This document shows, piece by piece, positions 20,189 through 29,478 of a stretch of DNA of 64,000 nucleotides. A model generated the notes under the pieces. It was given only the letters and a program-made list of their open reading frames with translations, ran no database searches and was not told where the DNA came from. Position 1 is the stretch's first letter. Every line of letters begins with the position of its first letter. Source of the stretch: an uncultured Acidobacteriota bacterium (GTDB lineage: Bacteria > Acidobacteriota > UBA6911); the NCBI GenBank assembly GCA_963809485.1, contig CAWEJX010000008.1, positions 384,001-448,000 on the forward strand, given 5' to 3'. The position numbers and the translations under genes are program-made.

Positions 20189-21124
20189 TTAGAACCCGAC
20201 CGCTCCCGCGCCCTTCAGTCCCAGCATTTGTCTCATGTCTTCCGGGGTAGCAATCTCCCGGTCGAATTCGCGCGCCAGACGCACGATTTTTTCGACAAGT
20301 TGTGCGTTGGTGCAGAGCTTCCCTTTGCCGATGAAAATGTTATCCTCGAGCCCAACGCGCACGTGCCCACCCATCATAATTGCCATGGCGGCAAGATTGA
20401 TCTCGGCGGGAAAGCCAACGCCGATAACCGACCACTGGTAATTCTCGCTGCCGAAAAGCCGGTCGGCGGTTTGCTTCATCACGATCAAGTCTTCTATATT
20501 CGCCGCCAGCCCGCCCAGCACTCCCAGAACAAACTGAATCCAAAAGGGAGGTTTCACGATGCCGCTCTTCATCATGAAGCGGAGATTGTACAGGTGACCT
20601 ACGTCATAGGCTTCGAATTCAGGACGCACATTGTTTTCGGCAAAAGTGCTGGCATAGGTCTCCATATCGCCGAATGTATTTCGAAATATGAAATCCTTCG
20701 TCCCTTCGGCATACGACTGTTCCCAATCGTACTTGTAGTCCCCGGCCTTGTATCTCCTCGCCACCGGATGAATGGAAAAATTGATGCTTCCGAGGTTGAA
20801 CGATGCCAATTCGGGGCGATAGCGTGGAATGACGCGCAGCCTGTCCTGAGGCGACATGCCCATGCCTCCCCCGGTTGTAACCCCGACCACGACGTTGCTG
20901 CCGGCCTTGATTCCCTTCAGGATCGGCCCGAAGAGATCGGGATCGGAAAGCGGGCGCCCGTTCACAGGGTCGCGCGCATGCACGTGAACTGCGGCAGCGC
21001 CCGCTTGACCGCATGCGATCGCATCCGCGATGAGGTGCTCCGGCGTGAACGGCAAGTGAGGCGTCTGGGTTGGAATTGTGATTGCGCCCGTTAGTGCGGA
21101 CGTGATGATTAGCTTGTCGGCCAT
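20189..21124 (-). CDS. Beta-keto acid cleavage enzyme (BKACE/DUF849); candidate triacetate lyase
   Basis: ITSALTGA, HVHARDP Zn motif, PELASFNLGS, GHVRVGLEDN. Confidence 0.9.
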   Translation of the reverse strand: MADKLIITSALTGAITIPTQTPHLPFTPEHLIADAIACGQAGAAAVHVHARDPVNGRPLSDPDLFGPILKGIKAGSNVVVGVTTGGGMGMSPQDRLRVIPRYRPELASFNLGSINFSIHPVARRYKAGDYKYDWEQSYAEGTKDFIFRNTFGDMETYASTFAENNVRPEFEAYDVGHLYNLRFMMKSGIVKPPFWIQFVLGVLGGLAANIEDLIVMKQTADRLFGSENYQWSVIGVGFPAEINLAAMAIMMGGHVRVGLEDNIFIGKGKLCTNAQLVEKIVRLAREFDREIATPEDMRQMLGLKGAGAVGF

Positions 21125-21198
21125 GGCTGCTCCTCTAATCTAAGCAATCTGTTTGTCTGCCGAGAAATCTTTCCGGACGGATCTTGGAAGCTGTAAAG

Positions 21199-21582
21199 CT
21201 ATTTTGCGCGCTTTGCGATGAACTCCTCTGCTCCATAGCTGCCCACCTGTCGGGAGCCATGGATCTCATCACCCGAAACTTTGCCCTTGTACTCGGCTCT
21301 GAGCTCTTGGCCCTGCACTTTCAATGTTTCGACAAATGATATTTGATCACCCTTCACAGAACCTTCGGTTATAGCGGATTCACTGGACCCGCCTTGCATC
21401 GACATCACGGCCTTTCCTGTGAGCTTTTCTCCCTCGACCATAAATTCGAAGGTGTAGTTCATCACACCAATCCCGGTCTGTATCGCGGTGGTCCATTTGC
21501 CCGAAATATCGGCGGCAAAGGCCGGAACCAGACAGAGAAGCGCAACAGAGACAAACAGCAGAACTTTTGCCCATTTCATCAT
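21199..21582 (-). CDS. Small secreted beta-rich hypothetical protein (ADISGKW-type)
   Basis: Signal peptide, ADISGKW..LTG..G.V.GD.ISF; RBS AGGAG. Confidence 0.75.
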   Translation of the reverse strand: MMKWAKVLLFVSVALLCLVPAFAADISGKWTTAIQTGIGVMNYTFEFMVEGEKLTGKAVMSMQGGSSESAITEGSVKGDQISFVETLKVQGQELRAEYKGKVSGDEIHGSRQVGSYGAEEFIAKRAK

Positions 21583-21610
21583 AGGGTCTCCTTTTTAAGG
21601 GTAGTGCCAA

Positions 21611-21646
21611 TACCACGATATGGTATTTAAATACCATATCGTGGTA
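21611..21646. promoter_or_regulatory. Perfect 36-bp palindrome made of two TACCA-N5-TGGTA boxes (probable IclR operators)
   Basis: TACCACGATATGGTATTT|AAATACCATATCGTGGTA between divergent operons. Confidence 0.75.
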
Positions 21647-21674
21647 CACTGCGGCAACAACAAAGGAGGCCCTA

Positions 21675-22013
21675 ATGAAAAAGGTGGAATTGCAGGACGC
21701 AAAACCCTATGCCCCACCCAAGCATTTCAACATGACGGCCTTGAGGCTGCATGGAAAGGAGGAGACCGGAACCCAGCAGTACTGGATGGGGCTCTCTCAT
21801 TTTCTTCCCAATGGAGGCGCGGAGATGGACGCGACTCCAACGGAAAAACTTTATTTTGTGCTCGAAGGAGAGGTCACGGTCACCGCTCCGGACAAGCAAA
21901 CATACGTGCTGAAGCCCTGGGACTCCCTTTATGTCGGCCCTAATGAAGCCAGGGCGATCATCAACAATACGAACAAACCGGCAAGCATGCTTGTGATTAT
22001 CACATACACGTAA
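21675..22013 (+). CDS. Cupin domain protein
   Basis: EKLYFVLEGEVTV..DSLYVGPNE; GGAGG RBS. Confidence 0.85.
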   Translation: MKKVELQDAKPYAPPKHFNMTALRLHGKEETGTQQYWMGLSHFLPNGGAEMDATPTEKLYFVLEGEVTVTAPDKQTYVLKPWDSLYVGPNEARAIINNTNKPASMLVIITYT

Positions 22014-22045
22014 TCGGGATGGATCCCGCGAAAGGCGGTGCATCA

Positions 22046-22837
22046 ATGGAATCACGCGTTGATTTGAACTATGTCCGAAACATGTTCAGTCTCGCAGGCA
22101 AAGTGGCGATCGTGACCGGCGGAGCGGGAGCCCTGGGACAGGCGATCGCGCAAGGTTTGGCGGTATATGGAGCTGACGTTATAGTCACCGGCCGCACCTT
22201 GAAGACGCTGGAGCCGGTTGTAAAAGACATCGAGGCTGCCGGCCGAAAAGCCTTGGCTCTGAGCTGCGACGTCGCTGTTGAAAAAGATGTCGAAGCCCTG
22301 ATGAGGGAGACTTTGAAAGCATTCGGTACGGTGGATATCCTGGTCACGGTTGCCGGGATTGCGAAGCGCTTCCCCGCCGAGGAATTTCCGATCGATGACT
22401 GGCAGCAGGTCATGGACATCAATGTCCGAGGGACCTTCCTCTGCTGTAAACACGCAGCGAAAACTTTCAAAGAGAAGAAAAAAGGCAAAATTATCACCAT
22501 CTCATCCGTGCGCGCTTTTGCAGGCCATCCCGGCGGGTATGCCGCCTATGGCACCAGCAAAGGTGCCGTGAATCTCCTGACAAAGCAGCTGGCGACGGAG
22601 TGGGCAAAATACAATATCAATGTTAACTCGATTGCTCCCTGCATCTTCTGGACGCCTCTCACGCAGGAAGTTCTGGAGAACGAGCAGCTATACAAGGTTT
22701 TTATGTCCAGGATTCCCATGGGGAGGGCGGCGCTGACTCAGGATTCTGTTGGTGCAGCCGTTTATCTTGCGTCCCCGGCCTCGGATTTCGTCACCGGGCA
22801 AGTCCTCTATGTGGACGGCGGCACAGTCGCAGGATAG
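22046..22837 (+). CDS. SDR oxidoreductase; candidate phloroglucinol reductase
   Basis: TGGAGALG, YxxxK (YGTSK), VDGG; basic residue after beta2 (TGR) suggests NADP(H). Confidence 0.85.
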   Translation: MESRVDLNYVRNMFSLAGKVAIVTGGAGALGQAIAQGLAVYGADVIVTGRTLKTLEPVVKDIEAAGRKALALSCDVAVEKDVEALMRETLKAFGTVDILVTVAGIAKRFPAEEFPIDDWQQVMDINVRGTFLCCKHAAKTFKEKKKGKIITISSVRAFAGHPGGYAAYGTSKGAVNLLTKQLATEWAKYNINVNSIAPCIFWTPLTQEVLENEQLYKVFMSRIPMGRAALTQDSVGAAVYLASPASDFVTGQVLYVDGGTVAG

Positions 22838-22864
22838 AAACCATTTAAGATTGGAGACCCTGAA

Positions 22865-23665
22865 ATGAGCAACATGAAATTGGTGGACCTCAGTCATCCC
22901 TTTGGCCCTGGCTGTCCCCTGTGGCCATACTTCGAGGACGTCAAGGTTGAGCGAATGCATTATCACGCCAAATCCGGCGTTCTCTCGCAGAAGATCACTA
23001 CCGTGATGCACTGCACGACACACGCCGACTCGCCGGGACACGTGGTCGAGGGGCTCCGATTCACGCATGAATTGCCGTTGGATCTCTACTACGGGACGGG
23101 CGTTGTAGTGGATATTCCGAAAAAAAAATGGGAATTGATTACGGCCGAAGACCTGGAAAAGGCAACGCCCAAGATTGAGAAGGGCGATATCGTCATTGTC
23201 CACACCGGCTGGAATAAATATTGGGGAGACAATAAGGAGTACTTCTGCTACTCCCCCGGTCTGGGACGCGAAGCGGGTGAATGGTTTGTCGCCAAGGGAG
23301 TGAAAGCCGTAGGTGTAGACCAGCAGGCTTTGGATCATCCCCTGCATACAGCGATTGGTCCGCACGGACCCGGTCCCATCATGCCGTCACTCAGTGAAGA
23401 ATACAAACAGATGACAGGACGCGACGTGCTGGCGGATTTCCCCGAATGGGAACCCTGTCACAACCTTCTCCTTAGAAATGGCATTATGGGTTGGGAGAAC
23501 GTAGGCGGCGATATCGCGATGGTTGTCGGGAAACGCGTCACGATCATGGGACTTCCGTTGCGATGGTATATGGGAGACGGATCCATAGTCCGGATGGCGG
23601 CGTTGATCGACGAGAAGGACATCAATCCCGTTCCTCCCAGAGTCTATAAATACGGCGTGGTATAG
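22865..23665 (+). CDS. Cyclase-family metal hydrolase; candidate dihydrophloroglucinol cyclohydrolase
   Basis: VDLSHP, HCTTHADSPGH, VHTGW, GVD, EN, GDGS motifs. Confidence 0.88.
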   Translation: MSNMKLVDLSHPFGPGCPLWPYFEDVKVERMHYHAKSGVLSQKITTVMHCTTHADSPGHVVEGLRFTHELPLDLYYGTGVVVDIPKKKWELITAEDLEKATPKIEKGDIVIVHTGWNKYWGDNKEYFCYSPGLGREAGEWFVAKGVKAVGVDQQALDHPLHTAIGPHGPGPIMPSLSEEYKQMTGRDVLADFPEWEPCHNLLLRNGIMGWENVGGDIAMVVGKRVTIMGLPLRWYMGDGSIVRMAALIDEKDINPVPPRVYKYGVV

Positions 23666-23673
23666 GACAGGAG

Positions 23674-24588
23674 ATGCTGGAATATATGGAAAAAATTGCG
23701 GTGATCGGCGCCGGGCTGATGGGACACGGCATCGCGCAGGTTTTTGCGGTGATTGGGCACGAGGTCGCCATCCACGATCCTTTCCCGGAAGTGCTGGCAC
23801 GAGTTCCCGAGCGGGTGCGTGCAAACCTGGAAAGCCTTGGCCTCGATCAATCCAGTGTCGAGAGAATATCGCTGCACGGCACAATCAAATCCGCGATAGA
23901 AAAAGCCGACATTGTTTTCGAGGCTGCGCCCGAGAACCTTGCAGTGAAGCAGGATCTCTTCGCAAAGTTATCGGCCTCCACACAGGCCGGCTGCATCCTG
24001 GCCAGCAATACCTCGGTCATTCCAATTGGAGAGATCGCTGCCCGTGCTGGAGACCCGGGACGCATCCTGGGCACGCACTGGTGGAATCCTCCGTATTTGA
24101 TACCGCTGGTCGAAGTCGTCCAGGCTCCTCGCACGGAATCGGTCTATATAGAAAAGTGCATCAATCTGCTAAGGCGGGCGGGAAAGATCGCGGTCCACGT
24201 CAAACGCGATGTGCCGGGCTTTGTCGGCAACCGTCTGCAGCACGCGCTTTGGAGAGAAGCCATTTCCATCGTGGAAACCGGAATTTGCGATGCCGAGACG
24301 GTCGATCTCGTGGTGAAAAACAGCTTTGGGATGCGGTTGCCCGTGTTGGGACCTTTGGAGAATGCGGATCTCGTGGGGCTGGACTTGACTCTGGCCATTC
24401 ACGATGTAATCCTTCGCCATTTGGAAGCCTCGCCTGAACCCAGCCCGTTGTTGGCACGCTATGCAGGGCAACATCGACTGGGAATGAAAACGGGTCGAGG
24501 ATTCTACGAATGGACGCCAGAGACGGCGCAGGGTGTCCGTGATCGTCTGATGCGGTACCTGCGAGGGGTGATACAAAAGGAAAAGTAA
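23674..24588 (+). CDS. 3-hydroxyacyl-CoA dehydrogenase family protein
   Basis: GAGLMGHG, ASNTS, HWWNPP..LVE, PGFVGNR, LGMKTGRGFY. Confidence 0.9.
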   Translation: MLEYMEKIAVIGAGLMGHGIAQVFAVIGHEVAIHDPFPEVLARVPERVRANLESLGLDQSSVERISLHGTIKSAIEKADIVFEAAPENLAVKQDLFAKLSASTQAGCILASNTSVIPIGEIAARAGDPGRILGTHWWNPPYLIPLVEVVQAPRTESVYIEKCINLLRRAGKIAVHVKRDVPGFVGNRLQHALWREAISIVETGICDAETVDLVVKNSFGMRLPVLGPLENADLVGLDLTLAIHDVILRHLEASPEPSPLLARYAGQHRLGMKTGRGFYEWTPETAQGVRDRLMRYLRGVIQKEK

Positions 24589-24589
24589 G

Positions 24590-25378
24590 TTGGTGATCAA
24601 GCGTTCGAAAAGAAATCCGGGAATTCGGGAGCGGAACGGGATTCAGGTAGTCGCTCGCGCTGCGGAAATCCTGCGGGCTCTCGAAGGAAGCGATGGCATG
24701 AGTCTCGGCCAGCTTGCCGGACGGGTCGGCTTGCCCAAATCGACGGTGCAACGGATCATCGCTGCGCTTGATTTCGAGAATTTTGTAGTCTCAGTGTTTC
24801 CTGACAAGCGCCTGCGGCTTGGCCCGGGATTGGTCAGGATTGCCCGTTCCATCCGTTTTCCTATCGCCGAAACCGCCCGGCCCTATCTTCGGGAGCTTTC
24901 CGAGAAAACGGGAGAGACCGTCGACCTCGCAGTTCTGGATGGGGATAAGGCAGTTTTTGTGGATCAAATCCCGGGGACGCACCGCCTTCGCGCCGTGTCC
25001 GCCATTGGAGTCTCATTCCCGTTGCATTGCACGGCAAACGGTAAGGCAATGTTGGCCGCGCTTGATGATGAGGGATTAGGCCGGCTGAAAAAGCGCATTC
25101 GTCTGACTGCTTTCACTGAGAACTCCATTCAATCCTGGGAAAAGCTTAAGCGTGAACTTCTCGAAATCCGGGAAACCGGATTCGCCTACGACAGGGAGGA
25201 ACACTCGATCGGGATCTCGGCCGTTGGAACTGCCGTCATCGGCTTTGACGGAGATCTTGCCGCAATCACGATTCCGACACCGACGGTGAGGTTTTTGAAA
25301 AAGGCGCCCGAATTGGCAAAAGCACTTAAGTTTTGCCGTGATAAGGTTGATAGAATTCTGGGCGGGCATCATCGATAG
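24590..25378 (+). CDS. IclR family transcriptional regulator
   Basis: HTH GLPKSTVQR; GETVDL; PLHCTANGKA; GFAYDREEH. Confidence 0.92.
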   Translation: MVIKRSKRNPGIRERNGIQVVARAAEILRALEGSDGMSLGQLAGRVGLPKSTVQRIIAALDFENFVVSVFPDKRLRLGPGLVRIARSIRFPIAETARPYLRELSEKTGETVDLAVLDGDKAVFVDQIPGTHRLRAVSAIGVSFPLHCTANGKAMLAALDDEGLGRLKKRIRLTAFTENSIQSWEKLKRELLEIRETGFAYDREEHSIGISAVGTAVIGFDGDLAAITIPTPTVRFLKKAPELAKALKFCRDKVDRILGGHHR

Positions 25379-25546
25379 AGTAGAAGAGCCGAGGCCCCCC
25401 GGGACCTTTTCAGAATCTTTGCCTTGAAGGCACAAAAACTCCTGTGACCCAATTTTCGAATACCGATCGCGCTTTTACAATTCGTTTCTGTATCAATTTT
25501 GCATCATCGGCAAGCAATCCATGCACGGACGAAGGAGAACTGACGA

Positions 25547-27139
25547 ATGGCAACAGCGCAACAGCAGATAGTTGAATCAGCCGGCGGCCAAAAACGGATC
25601 CTGTGGGGGCTGGTTGCCGTATTCCTGACCTACTTTGCTCACGGCTACTTCATCCAAATCCTGATGCCTGCCTTGCCCAAAATAGCGGCCGACCTGGATG
25701 GGATGCCCTGGTACTCCTGGGGCATCTCGATACCACATCTGGGACAGGCCTTTGCGATGCTTCTGGTGGGCAAACTGTCCGACATGTATGGACGGCGCGC
25801 CCTGTTGCTGGTATCCCTGGCCATCTGCCTGTTGGGTACGGTCTGGAGTGCCCTCAGCGCGACATTCATGATTTTTATTATCGCCCGTACGGTTCTCTGC
25901 ATCGGGCAGGGGGCGTTGGCGCCGCTGGTTTTCTCGGTGCTGGGCGATATGTTCGAGCCGGTGGAGCGAAGCAAATGGGCCGGTCTTCTCAATATCCCGG
26001 CCGGTATCTTCGCTTTTATCGGCCCCACCCTGGGCGGATGGTTTGTGGACAATCTCAGCTGGCGCTATATCTTCTGGTGTGGAGCGCCGCTGCTGATTAT
26101 CTGCCTGGCGGCGGTGCTGTTCGGCCTGACCGGACGGACCCTGCATTCGGCTCCCAAAATAGATTCCCGCGGTGCCCTATCCGCCGCCATCGCTTCATCG
26201 GCCATGATCCTTGCATTTTCATTGGCCGGGACATTGTATCCCTGGCTATCGATCCAGGTGATCGGATTGTTGGTCGGATCCATTGTTTTTTGGGTGCTTT
26301 TCATAAAAACTGAGGCCGGCGCGGAGCAACCGATCCTGGATCTCGAGGTGCTCAAGAACAGGTCGGTTGTCACTGTGTCGTCCGCGTGTGTGCTATCCGC
26401 CATCGGGATGATAGGGATAGGGATTTATTTCCCGCTCATGATGCAGGGCGTTCAAGGCATCAGCGCAACACTGACCGGAAAAATAATAACTCCCGGCGGT
26501 ATTCTCATGGGTTTTCTCGGCGTTCCCGCGGGTTTCATACTCGCGCGCACGAAACGCTATAAATGGATGTATATCCTGGGCTACGGCCTCGCGACGGCTG
26601 CAGCGTGCCTTCTGGTCTTCTTCAATGCAGCGACTCCCGTGTTTGCGGCAGTGGTCGTCAATGTTGTCAGCGGCTTCGGAATAGGAGCCATACCGACTCT
26701 CAATTCGCTTGTTGTTCAATATGCGGTGCCCAGAAGGCTCCTGGGCGTGGCAACCAGTGCTCTGTTCTTCTTCGTGATGATTGGACAGTCGATTGCCCCT
26801 GCAATTCTCGGCTCGGCTATGAATACCCGCTACAACAGTGTGCTAAAGGAGACGCTCCCGGCTGAATTGTCTCAACTGACGACTGAGGCGACCATGACTT
26901 CCCTGGGCAACCCTCGCGTGCTTCTGTCGCAACCGGCAATGGAGGCGCTCCGGAAGACTCTCGATAACAGGCGGGAAGTTATGGATCAAACGGTTTCCGC
27001 CATCCGGACATCTATGGAATCCAGCCTGAGGTTTGTTTTTATCATCGGGTCCGTATGCATGCTGCTCGCATTTCTGACCATATGCACCATTCCGGAAATT
27101 TCCATCGATGCCAAGGTGGAGGAAAAGAAACCTGTTTGA
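25547..27139 (+). CDS. MFS transporter (DHA2-like, 14 TM)
   Basis: GKLSDMYGRR, GPTLGG, WRYIF. Confidence 0.88.
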   Translation: MATAQQQIVESAGGQKRILWGLVAVFLTYFAHGYFIQILMPALPKIAADLDGMPWYSWGISIPHLGQAFAMLLVGKLSDMYGRRALLLVSLAICLLGTVWSALSATFMIFIIARTVLCIGQGALAPLVFSVLGDMFEPVERSKWAGLLNIPAGIFAFIGPTLGGWFVDNLSWRYIFWCGAPLLIICLAAVLFGLTGRTLHSAPKIDSRGALSAAIASSAMILAFSLAGTLYPWLSIQVIGLLVGSIVFWVLFIKTEAGAEQPILDLEVLKNRSVVTVSSACVLSAIGMIGIGIYFPLMMQGVQGISATLTGKIITPGGILMGFLGVPAGFILARTKRYKWMYILGYGLATAAACLLVFFNAATPVFAAVVVNVVSGFGIGAIPTLNSLVVQYAVPRRLLGVATSALFFFVMIGQSIAPAILGSAMNTRYNSVLKETLPAELSQLTTEATMTSLGNPRVLLSQPAMEALRKTLDNRREVMDQTVSAIRTSMESSLRFVFIIGSVCMLLAFLTICTIPEISIDAKVEEKKPV

Positions 27140-27380
27140 GCGACAGCAACCGCGTGGCGATGTGCGTCAGCCCGACGCCGGACACAAGCCCAATGCCGAA
27201 CGCAGAGTTGCTCAGGGGCCTCAATGCCCTATCGAATGGCGTCGGACGCCGGAAGTGGAAGCCCGGTAAACAGAGGTTAATGGATCGGCAACAACAAGGA
27301 CGGTCTGATTGCCAGGCCACCCCGCCTGACGTGCACATTCTTTGTTACAGCGCCCTTAATCCCAAATTCGCATCATTTTT

Positions 27381-28652
27381 CTAAGGCAATTCAACCCCTT
27401 GAGCAATGAGCCTTTTCTGAAGGGCCTTGGTATCAACTTTCCGCAGCGGCACGCTGTTCCTGACAGCCAGAGCGGCGGCTGTCCCCGCGGCCTGACCCAT
27501 CTGGATGCAGTGTGGAATGACGTTGAACATGGTATTGGCAGCTTGATCGGATGAAAAACAGCGTCCGGCAGCGAGAAGTCCATCCAGCTTGACTGGCACA
27601 AGGCAACGGTACGGCATTCCGACGTTCTTGGGCTCGCTGCCTCCGGGCCAGCTAAGCGGAACGCCCTGCGGGAACATCAACACGGTGTCATCGAATTTCT
27701 TGCCAGAACGCGCTTCCTCGCCGGTTAACACATATTCGCCGACCAGACGACGGCTGCCGCGGGTTCCAGTCTGCGATGCACTATCGTATAGATAGCTGCT
27801 TTCGAAGCCGGGCACATTCTTCTTATAGTAGGAATAAACCGGTAGCATTGCCTTACGCACATTAACGTCGACCCAGGTAAGGTCCTCAACGTTGATACAG
27901 CTCTTGCCGGGTATAAAGCTGTTAACCCAGAAAACATCTTTACGCTGGGCGGCTACCGGCACCAAAGGGAATCCGGCTAGTTTGAACGCTTCGTTTCTCA
28001 TTTCTTCCCACTTCCCCGGCTGCGCCGCGCGGAAATCGGCAAATTTATCAAAATCAATTCCCCCGATTCGGAAAACCATGGCCAGATCGGATGATCGGTA
28101 TCTTTTGTCCAGTGAAGCATCAAATTCCGCGCCGGAGAAAGCGAACACATCTCCATCACCGGTGGCATCAATGATAACTTTTCCCAGGATTGCCTGACGC
28201 CCGGACTTACTTTCGAAAATAACGCCTTTGACGGTGTTCTCTTCAACAATTGCCGCCGTGCTCCAGGAATGAAGAAGCTGCTTTACGCCGGCATCGAGAG
28301 CCATATCGTTCAGGATGCACTTCAGGAGCTCGGGGTCGACCATGAGGGCACGTCTTAAAACCCCTGGCTCTTTGGTTTTAGAGAGATCGTGCGCGCCGCC
28401 CACTTCATTCAGCCGGTCCAACCATTCCTGACATTGGCCTGCAGGGTACTGGTTAATCATCAGAACCAAACCACCCGTGGCCATGCCGCCAAGGCAGCCA
28501 TACCTTTCCATCAAAATCGTGTCCGCGCCTTCGCGCGCCGCCGCAATAGCCGCAGTAACACCTGCCGGTCCAGCTCCCACCACGACAACGTCCGCCTCTG
28601 CAAAGACATTCGTTTCCCGCGCAGCTTCGAAAATTGTTTTTAAATTGGCCAT
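27381..28652 (-). CDS. FAD-dependent oxidoreductase (FAD_oxidored), cytoplasmic paralogue of 11817..13319
   Basis: VVVVGAGPAG, LGGMATGG, FESKSGRQA, IDATGDGD, PYRCLVP; no signal. Confidence 0.88.
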   Translation of the reverse strand: MANLKTIFEAARETNVFAEADVVVVGAGPAGVTAAIAAAREGADTILMERYGCLGGMATGGLVLMINQYPAGQCQEWLDRLNEVGGAHDLSKTKEPGVLRRALMVDPELLKCILNDMALDAGVKQLLHSWSTAAIVEENTVKGVIFESKSGRQAILGKVIIDATGDGDVFAFSGAEFDASLDKRYRSSDLAMVFRIGGIDFDKFADFRAAQPGKWEEMRNEAFKLAGFPLVPVAAQRKDVFWVNSFIPGKSCINVEDLTWVDVNVRKAMLPVYSYYKKNVPGFESSYLYDSASQTGTRGSRRLVGEYVLTGEEARSGKKFDDTVLMFPQGVPLSWPGGSEPKNVGMPYRCLVPVKLDGLLAAGRCFSSDQAANTMFNVIPHCIQMGQAAGTAAALAVRNSVPLRKVDTKALQKRLIAQGVELP

Positions 28653-29041
28653 CGGTCTCCTTCCCTTCTGATGAGCTTTCTGACTCTCGGGATATTAGCG
28701 AAGTCAGGCTTGTGGGGATCTGGTTCATCAACCACATCTTCACCCACAGAGCGGAATTTGTATTCGAGTCCCTTTCACAGAATGTAAAAAAAGCCCGTCT
28801 CGCTCAGGATGGCCAAAGTATCATTCGCGAGACTAATCTGTACAATGAATGTTTGCTATCTATCCCGATTTAATTTTTAAATGGATATGGATACCAGGAT
28901 TCCATATTGCCGTCATAGGGTAGGATTGATCGATGAAAGCTGTGCCCTCTAACAAAATCAGAACTCCGGACATACTCCTATGAAAATATGTCGGCCTTTC
29001 TGCGAAACGTTCAACACCGCTTCAGGACGCACCCCGGAACG

Positions 29042-29097
29042 GTAGAGAGTTTTCGAGTCACGCCGCCATAGGCGCCGGTTTACCCTAATGCGAATTA
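29042..29097 (+). mobile_element. Short hairpin element resembling an IS200/IS605 end (copy B1)
   Basis: TTTTCGAGTC-hairpin-GTTTACC..AATTA; similar to the reverse complement of 44881..44933. Confidence 0.5.
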
Positions 29098-29478
29098 GCC
29101 CGGGATTTCGCTGGCTTCCCTGGTCACTTCCAGGATGCAGCGCGTCGTGGCGGCGGGCAGACTATTCGGTTCCACCGCCACGCCGGCTCTTCTGTCCGAA
29201 TTTCGTCAGTGCCTGATTCCCATATCTGCATTCCCATGATTTCCTTCCGTCGTGAGGTCTTCGGTTGCGACCCCGGATTTTCTGGCCTTTCGCGCGGCGA
29301 GCGATTATATTCTTAACTCGTTTCTTTCGCGAAACACCCCTAATGGTGCGGACGGGCATCCAGGCTCTTCCGATGCTGCCGTGAATGCCCGTCGGATGGC
29401 TTCGGAGAGCCGTCTGCACAAGCCTGTAGACGTCCGCTCCGCGCACTTTGTTGCGATCGCAAATCGAGGGAACTGCTT

